Shown here one piece after another: positions 12,231 to 24,139 of a DNA stretch of 64,000 nt. This DNA comes from Trichoplax adhaerens (Eukaryota; Animalia; Placozoa), in assembly GCF_000150275.1 (NCBI RefSeq), contig NW_002060953.1, forward strand, positions 1,461,693 through 1,525,692, in the 5' to 3' direction. The notes beneath the pieces were generated by a model. The model was given only the letters and a program-made list of their open reading frames with translations. It was not told where the DNA came from and ran no database searches. How positions within the stretch are numbered: position 1 is the first letter of the stretch; every line of letters starts with the position of its first letter. The translations under genes and the position numbers were made by a program.

Positions 12231-13283
12231 ATGATGAAAGCTGCACAAGTTGTAGAGGCAGGTGCCCCTCTCCAACTTCAAGAAGTCCCACTGCCTAAAG
12301 CCACTCATGATGAGGTTGTGATCAAAGTGATTTCTGTAGGCGTTTGCCATAGTGATCTGCACTTATGGGATGGTGGTTACGATCTTGGTGAAAAAGGATT
12401 CATGAAATTTGTAGAGAGAGGAGGCCATTATCCAGTAACCCCTGGCCATGAAATTGTTGGTAGTGTCCATCAGATGGGTGATGAAGTAGTTGATTTTGCT
12501 GTTGGGGATAATGTTCTTGTATTCCCTTGGATTGGTTGTGGTCAATGCCCGATTTGTCAAGCGGGCGATGACAATGTTTGCGATAAACCGAGATCGATTG
12601 GCATTTTTTGCAATGGTGGTTATGCTGAATATGTTATTATTCCAAGTTATAAATATCTTGCTAAGATTTCTGGTGTTGATTTCCATGCTGCCACATCGCT
12701 TGCTTGCTCAGGTTTAACTGCCTATAATGCAATCAAGAAAGCGAATGTAAGATCTCCAGAATATTTGGTCATCATAGGTACTGGTGGGCTGGGTCTGATG
12801 GGCATTCAATTGGCGAAAGCAACAACTCAAGCGAAAATCATTTGCGTTGATATCGATGATCAAAAATTAAATATAGCAAAGAATTTAGGCGCTGATTTTA
12901 TTGTTAACTCTAGCGATGGCAATGCAGTGCAGAAAATATACTCCATCTGTCCTAAAGGCGTCGATAGTGTTGTCGATTTTGTTAACGCCTCTCCGACGGC
13001 AAAGATAGGATTATCCATACTTAAGAAGCGTGGGAATTTAGTGCTTGTAGGATTATTTGGTGGTTCTATCGAAATCTCTTTAGTGACAATACCACTAAAG
13101 ACCTTAATTATTCAAGGCGCTTACACAGGTACTTATAGGGAAATGGTAGAGTTGCTACAATTGGCCAAAGAGGGGATCATTAATCCAATTATTTCAAAGC
13201 AGTATTCTTTACAAGAGGCTAATACCGCATTAAATGACTTAAAACAGAGGAAGATTGTAGGGCGAGCAGTAATCATCCCATAA
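12231..13283 (+). CDS. Zn-dependent medium-chain (MDR) NAD-linked alcohol dehydrogenase, prokaryote-type, intronless
   Basis: The 350-aa ORF has the catalytic-Zn motifs VCHSD, GHE and LACSG, the structural-Zn motif CGQCPIC..DNVC, the Rossmann motif GTGGLG and an acidic residue (CVDID) consistent with NAD use. Confidence 0.95.
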   Translation: MMKAAQVVEAGAPLQLQEVPLPKATHDEVVIKVISVGVCHSDLHLWDGGYDLGEKGFMKFVERGGHYPVTPGHEIVGSVHQMGDEVVDFAVGDNVLVFPWIGCGQCPICQAGDDNVCDKPRSIGIFCNGGYAEYVIIPSYKYLAKISGVDFHAATSLACSGLTAYNAIKKANVRSPEYLVIIGTGGLGLMGIQLAKATTQAKIICVDIDDQKLNIAKNLGADFIVNSSDGNAVQKIYSICPKGVDSVVDFVNASPTAKIGLSILKKRGNLVLVGLFGGSIEISLVTIPLKTLIIQGAYTGTYREMVELLQLAKEGIINPIISKQYSLQEANTALNDLKQRKIVGRAVIIP

Positions 13284-13820
13284 CGCTGTAACAAGTGACT
13301 TTCTTTTACCAATTGGCTATTAATCGTTGATACTTTACTTCGTCTAAAACGTTTAGCAGAGGATGATTCTGGGCTGGATGATAATCATCTTGTACTGTCT
13401 GCATACGTAGAATTAATGATAGTGTTGCATAATGGAGTTGTCATATTATGCGGTATAAAGTCCATGTTCTCGTATTATCCTCCTCCTCCTTATATTAAGA
13501 ATATACGTAACTACTCTCTACTGGCGTTAGTAAGGTTGCCATTTAGATACTTCAATTTTCAGTGGATAATGATTTGGGTAGTTGGTAGATGACAAATTTT
13601 AAACCATTTCCTAAGCTTAACAAGCACAAGCTAGGTGATTCATAAATTCATGATCACTAAATTACGGTACTACAATGTTTGGCTAAGCTACTATTGCTTA
13701 TTGTTACCATGTCCTATCGAAGAAATTGAGCCATATTGAAAGCGTTCTTTTACTGACAGACAAGTTTATTATATTGTACATACATATACCCTTAAATCTT
13801 GCAATTGTAATAAATCAAAA

Positions 13821-14730
13821 ATGGCAAATACCAGCATGATTATGGCATGGCAGGGATCGCAGCAACAGCGAGATTATCCAATAATTATAATCTGTTCATT
13901 ATTTTTATATGTATTAATAGCTATCTTTGTCATTCTTAATTTGATTCTCTATCAATTATTGCATGCAAGAAATTTTATATGATTTCTATTTCCTAATTTG
14001 CTACCACTAGATGATAGCAAAGCCACAACGCTATTTGTACATCCTTTTTCAATCCTAACAGTACTATGGATTCCATTTGAAGAACGAATTAATGCATACG
14101 TTGGTCTATTGCAGGATAAATTTTTATGTTGAACATATAATCTTGATATTTCTAAATTACTTGTATCTGCTACAATAAATAATAATCGAACTCTGATATT
14201 ATTAAGTTAGTTTCTGTGTGATATATATAATTTACGAGATATTTCATGCCATGGACACGTACGTGTAGAATCGAGTACAGACTTATAGGCAGGATAAAAA
14301 TAAATGAGTGGCAGTTACGGTAGAAGATGGAAGATTCCTTTATCCTACTCGTATAGTTGAATATTTCCGGTGAACAGTAAATGGATAAGAACTTACCTTT
14401 CTATAGCTAGAATTAGCTGTAATTAGTTGTAAAATAATACGGTTATACTGTTGATACAACGACAATGCTGCTAAACATCACCAGCGTTTTATTAATTTCT
14501 GATAGTCTTTCATATTGGTGTAACAGATCTGGCAAAATCATGTCTAATTTGTTGCAGCCAATTAGTTACAGGTAAGCACTGGTAAGATGTAACTATACAC
14601 AATTTTTAAAATTGCTGAAGGGTACATGATAACTTATGTTAACACGCTACACGTATGATCAAATCCAATCATGACATTAATGTGTTGTAATTGAAATGTG
14701 CATACATAAACATTTACAGACCATAGCAAT
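13821..14730 (+). pseudogene. Decayed rhodopsin-like GPCR pseudogene
   Basis: From ATG 13821: MANTS (N-glycosylation site), a TM1-like IIICSLFLYVLIAIFVILNLIL, an in-frame TGA, TM2-like FLFPNL..D..LFVHPFSILTVL and DKFLC (start of TM3). Further on, TM6-like TTMLLNITSVLLIS (~14460) and TM7-like SNPIMTL (~14660). Many stops and frameshifts. Confidence 0.55.
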
Positions 14731-15155
14731 AGGAGGCAATCGTTAATTCACACTTTTTAATACCCAGAAATTGAAAATTTTGTAACATACAGTACAAAGG
14801 TTTCTGAGTGAATTCCCCTTATCAAAGGAGATTAAGTATTCGACATATTATGTATAGGTTTATTTATTTAGATATAATTTTTGTGATGATAAATTGAACT
14901 GTAATGTTAGATTGAATTAGAGTTGAGAATTGTGAAACAATCTCAGCAATACTATATTATGTAATTAATAATATCAAAACTCGAATACAATAAGGTATAG
15001 GTTATGTTAATTATTATCGCGATGACAGTATCCTACATTGATATTACGTTACAGTACGAGAATTTTATCACATACAGTACATCCATTTGAATTTGTGTGC
15101 ATCCTAAATAATACAAGTGCTTTCAGTGGTCAAGATATTACAGTAAATATTTCTT

Positions 15156-18100
15156 TCATTGAGGCAAGCTATCTTTCATGACTAATTCTACGTTCCATAT
15201 CTGAAAAATAAAAAAAGAAAGGAAGATTAAAAGACTTTCTAAGTGGTTACTGCTTGTTACCGATTTCCCATACTTTAATTGATCTATCGTTACTGCAGGT
15301 AACAAGCAAATGCTTGCCATGATGGTAATTCATGGAAGAAATGCCACATTTCGTGTCAAAAAATGTGGCTAACGTTTGCCGACTGAATTAAATAGACAAA
15401 AGCATTTCAAGTATTAAGAATACAGTTTACTAAAAATTATTGTGAGATATACAATAAAAGTATTATAAATATTCTAGCTTACTCTGCGTCAGTTATGGTT
15501 TCATAACAATCGTTGCATACACGAACTGGAAATTCAAACCCTAGGGATGGCATTACAGACGTGTTTTCACTGCATTTGGCGCAGACTGCTATACCACATT
15601 TGCGACAATGATGCTGCAAATATCATTAAAACTAGCAGTTAAATTTAAAGATTTACAACAAGCCACTTCTGAGGCTTTATGTATTGCCATATTAATAGCA
15701 ACCGTTCAATCTGTAGGATCGCGCTAGAATGCAGATATTGACAAATGTTCAAGATACCTGTCGAAATCCAATCTTTTTTTCACTCCACATTTGCTTGACA
15801 TTCCAAAAAAATGGAACATCGCAACGCTGACATGAATCAGATTCAAGCCACTCTTTCGTCTTTAAGTAAGAATAAATGAAAACAAAACTGAATTGGTTGT
15901 GAATGAGTGGATCGGCAATCTTGAAATAGCGATATTATAATTTAAATTGATGGGCAGTACTATTGCTTTACATACCTCAACTCTGTCTACATCCATTTTC
16001 CATGTAACTATGAAGCCATCATCGGCAACTGAAATTAGCTTGCTTGCCTCGCGAACATAGTGGAGTGCCCGTATTTTATCGCTTTGGGTAATAGCAAGTG
16101 ATCCATTGTGAGAGTAAGTCCAGATGAGGAGGAGGCCATCAGTACAACATGTAATGAGAACGGTAATTTATGTAAGTCAATAAAGTGCTCTTTAAAACAC
16201 CCAATGATGGCAGCTTTTTCTACGTTATGCTACAAACCCGTGTCCATGCAATTGGTAAACGGTGCCTTTTCTACCTCCGATATCCCAGACCAGAATAGTT
16301 CTGTCAAAGCTTCCTGAAAATAATAACTGTTTATCGGGATCCCAAGCTAAACAGCGAATACTGCCTATAACCGAATAGGAAAAATACGTCGTATAATTCA
16401 GCTGCAATGCTGGCCATTTCATATTTCAAATCATATCATCAAGTATAATTTGCAATCCAGAAGTAAATGATAAGACTTTATTATTATTATCTTGTCTCAG
16501 ATACCTGAATGGCCTTGTAACGTTGTGACGGGCACCAAACTAGAATTATTGTCTTTAACTCGTAACACAGCGATGCTGCCGCCATAATCACCAACAAAGA
16601 TATGCTTACTATCTTGATCAAATCTGTAATTTCAGTTAAGGCAAAATAGACTGCGGCATGATCTCCATGTTACGCTTATTTTTAAAACTACGTAAACGTA
16701 AAACATTATGGGATATCAGTTCAAGTTCTACCCATATACAGCCTATTGCAATAAATATCAACATTCTTGAACTCTATTTCTACGCCGAAAATTAAGTATC
16801 GAGAGATTACTTGGTGGAAATTCTATCACGGGCGCTATACATAAACTTCAACTAAAATGTCTAATTCTAAGTTAGCTATCTGTGGTAGATCTTGAGAACG
16901 TCAACTTTAAAAAATAACTGCTATACAATTTATTATTGGATGGATACTCAAGAGCAATGCACCAAGCATTAGCCTGATAACCGCCTAAACGTCGACCAGT
17001 TTCACAGCAATGCCACTGCATATATTTGTCTCGACTGACACTTAACAACCAATTTAAATTCGGACTGTAAATTATTCCATTAACACGTCCTGAGTGGGCT
17101 AAAGAGAATAAACGAAATATTCTTTATATTGTAATAGAGAGAGAGAGAGAGAGATGTCACAGCACTGTCCTAATTACACTTGTCTATTCGATATCTCTAT
17201 GTATGTTCAATTACAGTGGGCTAACCATCATAAATAAAATCAATTGACTTCATCGAGTATATGGCAATGTTATTCGCAACTTCTACAATTTACTCAATAA
17301 TATTAAGGACCGTGATATACATGGGGTAATTACTCTTTGCTCGTTAGCATATGGGATTGCAAGAAAGCAATGAAGAAATTCATCTTACCGGCATAATCAC
17401 GCTTGTGAGTTATTTTGTTGAAATCTTCGGATAATTCAAATTCCTGTATGAATAGTGCAAATAAAAGGCGTCATTAACTGCACAATTACAAGCTATTAAC
17501 TAGTACAACATTAGGATTAAAATTTACTGCGGAATGTCTCATTTTCCTTTAGCTAAAGTAAACGAGCGATTGATGGGATAAATCAGACCGTCAAACAATA
17601 GCATAAAGCGGTTGCAACGGACATTTATTCCTCTATCCATTTCAGCAAGAAAGATACACATTTATGCTTTTGTTCATGATGGATGAACGTTTTCCACTAT
17701 GCTGAGCAAATAGACTGTCATTCTAATTAATGTAGGTCTTGTTCAATTCGATCTGACTTTCTAATTAGTAAATTTTGCTGTTAATAATGCTCTAATGAAA
17801 AGTGGGCATGAGTTACTTCAATAGTAACTACAGACATCAAATGATGCATAAAATTGTATTCTTGTTCGTTTGCATAGCTCTATTTGTATGAGGGAATAAT
17901 CCATTCAAGTGACGATAGCATCATTAGCGAGCAATGAATTACAACATCGGCACTGAATGTTTTTGACATGATGTTTACTTTTCAGTCAGCGTAAGTTTAC
18001 AGCACTACAAAATGAAACTATTCATTCTTGTCAACTAAAAATCAACGGATCCATTTTTGTCATGATACGCTCACAAAATGTAGTTAGGGTTTTATGCATA

Positions 18101-19885
18101 CGTGTATATACAGTCAGAATTTGAGTTCTAGGTTGATCTGATCCATCGGTTAGAATGGAGTACAGTTGGTGAAGATGATCAGTTAAGCTTTGAATACATC
18201 AAGGTTACCCTTTGTATTCAATTAATCTTACTTAGCGTTACTATTAATAAACATTTTTCATTATAATGGGGCTTGAACTAGTCCGTGATTGAAAATTGAG
18301 AGAAAAAGGTTGATTCAATTGAGCAATTCTTACCGAAATCAATCCGGTCTCGATGCCACAAAATAACTTTCTATCTTGACTGCTGAAATAGAGAGCGGTG
18401 ACAGGAGCTAGATAAAAATAAGGAAAGCAAGATTGAGAATAATTTGATCAAGCTAAATCATTGGCTGTTGATAAGCTAAAAATGATCATGATAGGACTAC
18501 TGTAGGGATGTAGTATTTCTAAAAGCAATCAATGTATATTTTTATTCCTTGGTAAGATAAAGTACGAGTATAAACAGAACCAATATTAAATTGGAAACTT
18601 TATCCATAGCAAAACAAACGCCAGTAAGGCGGATAAAAAGAGTGATGGCGACGATAAGCCCTAAAGATAAGCAGAAAAATGTCGCTAATGATGCTACCTA
18701 CCGCTCATGGTATGACAAATACTCGGCCAATATTGACCACTGTCTCGCTTGAGCCAAACCATGACATTGCTAGCAAGAATAAGAAAGATTGATTAACATG
18801 AATACTGTCAAATCATCGTTGGGAGAGACATTTTATTGCGATAATACAATATCATCATCGTTGTCATCGCAGGTTTCGAAGAATACAAATCAAAATGAAT
18901 TAAATTTCCTTTCAATGGCTCTTTGCATTTTTGAACTGTATTCTCTCATCAAATCGATTCTACATTATCTACAGTCGATAGGAGAGTTCCACATGGACAA
19001 TCGTTTGACTATCCCCATGGATTGTAAGTTGAAACTCGATAAGATGAGAAGGAAAGTGCAAGTGCAATGGAGGTTAATCTGTATCCGATAGGGCACTTCA
19101 TGATTGCAGTAGAGTAGTAGGAAAATGAAGACCAGTCTTAACATTAGTCTCTCTTTCTAGTCGATGTTGGTCGTGGTTGGAATATTTCTACTCTATCACC
19201 GCTATTCCAACTACTTGGTATTTTCATGGTAGGAAATGAGATCCGTCTGGATGGATCTCGTATCTTGACCATGGTGGAGAATCCTGTATGGACTTATGCC
19301 GAGTAGAATACTATTGTACAACGAAATGGGATAGTAGAAACAAAAATGATGATGCTTCGTTCTATCCATAGAGTCGTTCAGGCCATTGACCGACATCTTA
19401 CCAGTCTAAAATACTTTGACAAAGGTTGGAAATGCTATCTTGATGGAGATACTAGTCGTTTTGAGTCCAGCAATACTTCCATCAACAAGACAAAACTACT
19501 GGATTACAGTAAGGCATAGAAAAATAGCCTTGGCATCACAACAGAATAGCAAGACGACACAATCGACACAAGAATTGTCGTTTGCGATTCCCCCCCCGCC
19601 CAAGTTAAATCACGATCACTCCAACTGCAGTCACTTAAACTGGGCGATGATGGATCCCTACTACTCCTCCTTAAAACGATTATCCAGTGGAACTATTCCT
19701 ACTCAGCATCGACCATTGCTGGCAGCCATGATTGAAAACATTGCCTACCGATCATCACTAGCGCTGATGACACCATCTTCTTCGGGTATAATAACTGCTG
19801 CATTGAGGGTACCGTTGATCCCTTCCAGTTTATTCAACAGTTCGGGATTATTCAAACGAATTCCATCAATGACTGCGGTAGCCAT
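15156..19885 (-). CDS. WDFY2: WD repeat and FYVE domain-containing protein 2 (multi-exon)
   Basis: Exons translate to family-diagnostic segments: [97 protein letters not shown] (FYVE) and [15 protein letters not shown] at 19885, TGA at 15156-15158. Confidence 0.93.
16624..16947 (-). other. U12-type (minor spliceosome) GT-AG intron in WDFY2
   Basis: Donor GTATCCAT (consensus GTATCCTT) at 16947. Branch site CCTTAAC at 16641-16635, ~12 nt before the CAG acceptor, with no polypyrimidine tract between them. The junction restores ALE/FDQDSKH. Confidence 0.8.
17136..17154. repeat. (GA)n microsatellite in a WDFY2 intron
   Basis: Uninterrupted AG dinucleotide run of ~9 units. Confidence 0.9.
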
Positions 19886-20398
19886 TACTGCAGCAATAAC
19901 TCAATAATCAATAGCAAAAGACGATGCAAATGGAGCCAAAAATGGGAAAATCACTTGGGCTTTGGACGATTTCTTTCTATGTTGACTTTTTCCCCTTGAT
20001 GCAGGCACTATACCACGCTTGATTCGCTAGCGAGTATCCTCGCCTTGACTAGCCGATCGGACGATGGATGGAGTGGAAACCACCTTCCCAACGACCTCTT
20101 TCATACAGTACCCTCTCAGTGTTCCTCACCACTGCCTGCCGGCCTTAGCGATGACGTATTCCATCAACCGATCCCAAACAGTACTCGCAACTGGACCTCT
20201 TTTTTTGTATACAGAATTTTTATTGTGACTAAATGGTTAGCTTATTCAACTAATTATTGATTACTGTTTGAGTATGTAGATACCAAAAACGAATGGAGGA
20301 ATATAGTCTACAGTTGACGCTGATACTAGGGTGAAGGAATTCATGGTTGATATACAGATAGTGAGTAAAAGCTTATTACTACTCTAGTTCTTGACTAC

Positions 20399-21100
20399 TG
20401 TTTGAGTAGAGAGACTACCGATAATCTTTGGGTACCAGTACCGTTCCGGAACGGCTCATCGCATCCATGCAGTACTGTACACAGTATAGCGATTTCCATC
20501 TCTCTGTCATGTCCTAATGCTCAATCAAGAATAATGATAATAATAATAATAATAACAGTAGTAATAGTAGTCGTAAGTCTTAAGTGAGTAGCATTGACCG
20601 AGGCTAATGTTTGAGTAGAGAGACTACCGATAATTTTCGGTACCAGTACCGTTCCGGAACGGTTCATCGCATCCTTACAGTACTGTACTGTACACTGTAT
20701 GTACAGTATACAGTCCTGAGAATCGATTTCCATCTCTCTGTCATGTCCTAATGCTCATGGCTCAATCAATAACAATAATAATAATAATAATAATAGGAAT
20801 AATATTAATAACAGTAGGAATAGTAGTCATACTGTATGTCCTAAGTGAGTAGCATTGACCGAAACTACTGTTTGAGTAGAGTGAATACCGATAATCTTCG
20901 GTACCAGTACAATACTGGAACGGTTCATCGCATCCATACAGACAGAGAGATGGAAATCGATATACAGTACTGTACTGTATATCGATTTCCTTCTCTCTGT
21001 CATGTCCTATTGCTCATTGCTCAATCAATAATAATAAATAATAATAATAATAACAGTAGCAATTGTAGTCGTATGTCCTAAGTGAGTAGGATTGACCGAG
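20399..21100. repeat. Composite tandem repeat, 3 units of ~210-260 bp, with internal (AAT)n and TACAG microsatellites
   Basis: Units start tgtttgagtagag.ga.taccgataat at 20399, 20608 and 20869. Each has ggtaccagtac..ggaacgg.tcatcgcatcc, cgatttcc.tctctctgtcatgtccta, an (AAT)n run and aagtgagtag.attgaccga. Confidence 0.9.
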
Positions 21101-22240
21101 TTATGTTAACAGAGTAGAACACATGTACAATTGCATTAGTAGCATTTGGTATTCGAATATTGCACTTGCAATACTTGATGTATTTTGTGCAGTAATAAGA
21201 TTTTGAAAATTAGTTTTATCACTGCGAAATCAAGGTTAAAAAGTTGAGAGAAACGCTTAGTTATGGGATAGCTTGCATGGGACTTGTAATGAGAAAGAGA
21301 TGCCCGTACACTGGCATACTCAGATCCAATTGCATAGCACATGGATGCTATTTGCCTAGCCATTTCTTCTCGTATGACTACAGGGATAGGCATTGTATTA
21401 TACAGTAGCATATCAAAAGAGTGACAAGCTTCTCGGCGAGAAGCTAAATAGAAACACGCTATTCTGGAGATAAGCACAAGTTAATTACTACATTTGCAGC
21501 CATTCAGCTTACTGTGGATGTGAAAGATACACACTGTTTCTGATATCCATGTATTCAACTGGATAGACAGATAGACGAAATTCAGTGGTAGTGCATGGCT
21601 TTTCCTGAACCCTAATTAACGCTGACTTTATAAAGAAACACCATTTTATACTGCACACGATCACTGTATTCCCAAATACTGAATTACTGTCATGAGCTGA
21701 AATCATGGCATCAGCCATACGACGTACATTGAAGTCGAATAGAAGAAAGTATCTATATCGAGGATCAGTCTATCCATTACAACGATATTAACAGATCTTT
21801 ATTTTCTTTCCAATGGCTAGCGTAGATGACCAACGCTTTCAAATAGTGAGCGTACTCGGTTGTATGTAGAATATCGCGATACGTAAGGCATTGAAAGTAT
21901 AATCTACAAGATAAGGATATCCTGCGATTTTTTTCATCACGCTACAATTATACGACAGTAATGATATAGTATATATTTTATTCAGGAACAGCACTTTCAT
22001 GCACCCATAAATTATAATATGCTCCCAATAAGCAATCATTAAAGATAGTAGACAATGTATTAATAGATTCCATTTCATTTATATATAAGAGAATTACATA
22101 GGTCAATACATTGATATCACAATGTCATTGCAATAAAAGCAATTGATTCTTTCACTTACTATCTACTTCACATTGAGGTCAATATTACGTGTATGTACGT
22201 ATTAGCCTCATAAAATAAGGCACTTTTGCAGCTTGTCGGC

Positions 22241-24006
22241 CTATTTTTGATTAATCTGAAATTCCGAAACAGACTTTAACATTTCCTCACTTACAATAGG
22301 CTGAAATAACTTATCTCTTTTATTAAAAACATAACAAGTTGCATCTTTAATATCAAACCACAACGAGTATAGCTTTACGGTTCCGGCTGCAATTTTCTCC
22401 TTCATAAAGCTATAAGAATTGACGTGTAAAAGTTGCTGCAACGTATTAATCTGTTGGCAGTATTACAAGTAAATGATTCAATATCGAGAAAAAATCCACG
22501 ATGCGACAAGCTCAAAGTATTGTGGATGAATGCAGCAGTCTATAAGTTATCGTAATTTTTAGTGCTTGATGTTCATTTTGCAGTAAATACGAGCAGAATG
22601 ATCATAATATCCATTTCGAGTGTACCTGAGATAACTGGTCCTTTGGCAATAGGTTTTGGTTAATATTAGCTTCGAATTTTAAACCGTTTTCATTAAATTC
22701 TAAATGCAATGGTTGGTCGCTATTCGATCGATCAACGAGTGTCGTCTTTTCCCATTTAGTGTAAGTCTGACTAGCAAATCGATAGATCCAGTCTAACACA
22801 AACGATGATTCACTAGGCGCAGTTCCGCCTAAAGAGTGCAATCCGTCCATCGCCTGCAATTACGAATTTATTAATTAGTTCTAAACGCTGATCATTTATA
22901 TTGATCTTTCACAGGATAAGAGTGTAGCCAAGGCTCTCCAAGCTTCTAAAATCAACAGTCAATGTTTAATCATCCTATCATTTCGGTTACTGATAGTCAA
23001 TTCTAATATTATCGTCCTACAGCGCTTGCAAAGGATTGTTCTATTGCGTAGACGTTAACAGTAACAACATGATATTACCACAATCGATGTCATCGCTTAG
23101 CCAGATATGATTGGCGAAGTGAGTATCCCACTAGAAATGCATGAGGATACTAACCTTACAATCGGAGTGTCCACACACCACAACAGAGCTGACTTGATTG
23201 CGAACACAAGCTAGTTCTAAAGCAGCAGCCTCTGCTGGTGTCCAACGTTCGTATATAAGTTTAGAATGGGGAACAATATTGCCTGCATTTCTAACAATGA
23301 AACTTTCACCAGGCGCAATGGAAGCAATGTTGGATGGAAATACCCGACTGTCCATGCAGGTAATGAAAATGCAGCTTGGCTATAAAGGCAGAGAAGATTG
23401 ATAACCAATTAAAAAGTATCCGGTCTAAGTATCGATTGAAATGACAGTATAGGCATTACTGAAGTTGTAAGTAATTAGCATGGACTGTCTTCTAGTGGTC
23501 CAATGGTCAATAGTCATGATTATAGTACATTCTAATAGCCCAGTTATCCACATGTTGTGCACTGTTCTGTACAGTATATTCCATCTTTTAATTGAAGTAA
23601 GATACTGATGGGCACAAAATACCAAGTTTTGCAGAACTTTGGCTTGTAGCTCAACATGTCTACGGAATAGCATGGCACTAACACTGTTACTTTACTGTAT
23701 TGTTATCCCATTGAATTATCTGTTATAATTGAACTAAGTTCTGTGAGGTAGGTATGCTAATCCTGTTGATTGCATCAACTGGTGATCCTTGTACGCTGGC
23801 TAGAACAACTGCTCGATATGATCATTTCAACCACTGTACAAGTCGATTTGTCCACGTCAACGGAATCACTTGCCGTTGCAATTTATCCAGCAAAAGGGTA
23901 TGCAACTTACCTGCACTTTTTCAGCTACCTGAGCATACAGAGTCTTATTGGCAGAACTTAAAGAGGCTGAATACCGTAAAACCCCACGAATGACTTTCTC
24001 AATCAT
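22241..24006 (-). CDS. Beta-class carbonic anhydrase (4 coding exons)
   Basis: Exon MIEKVIRGVLRY..KVQ (ATG 24006), exon PSCIFITCMDSR..RNAGN..AALELAC..VCGHSDCK, exon AMDGL..LSQ, exon INTLQQLLHV..WFDI. The beta-CA Zn ligand motifs CxDxR and HxxC are present. An acceptor at ~24049 indicates a further upstream exon. Confidence 0.92.
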
Positions 24007-24139
24007 CTTTGATACAGTATTTCCAACTGGCGTGGTAGTCCCTAGAATCTGTAGATGGAACTAACGTACAGTAAGCTTGCGAGATCGATCATCGATCGGA
24101 TTCGATTTTGCATCAAGTTTGTTCTCTAGTCAACATTGC

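Noticed and set aside
12363-12717. ORFs overlapping the ADH (107 aa minus, 75 aa plus)
   Set aside because: Shadow frames of the real CDS.
17674-17757. C/D-box snoRNA-like TGATGG...CTGA...CTGA in a WDFY2 intron
   Set aside because: It is antisense to the host gene, the C box is imperfect and I see no recognisable rRNA guide.
19416-19907. 163-aa plus-strand ORF
   Set aside because: Antisense to WDFY2 exon 1 and intron 1, non-ATG start and no domain.
20399-21100. Repeat-spacer-repeat layout suggestive of a CRISPR array
   Set aside because: Units are >200 bp, the 'spacers' are microsatellites, there are no cas genes and the context is eukaryotic.
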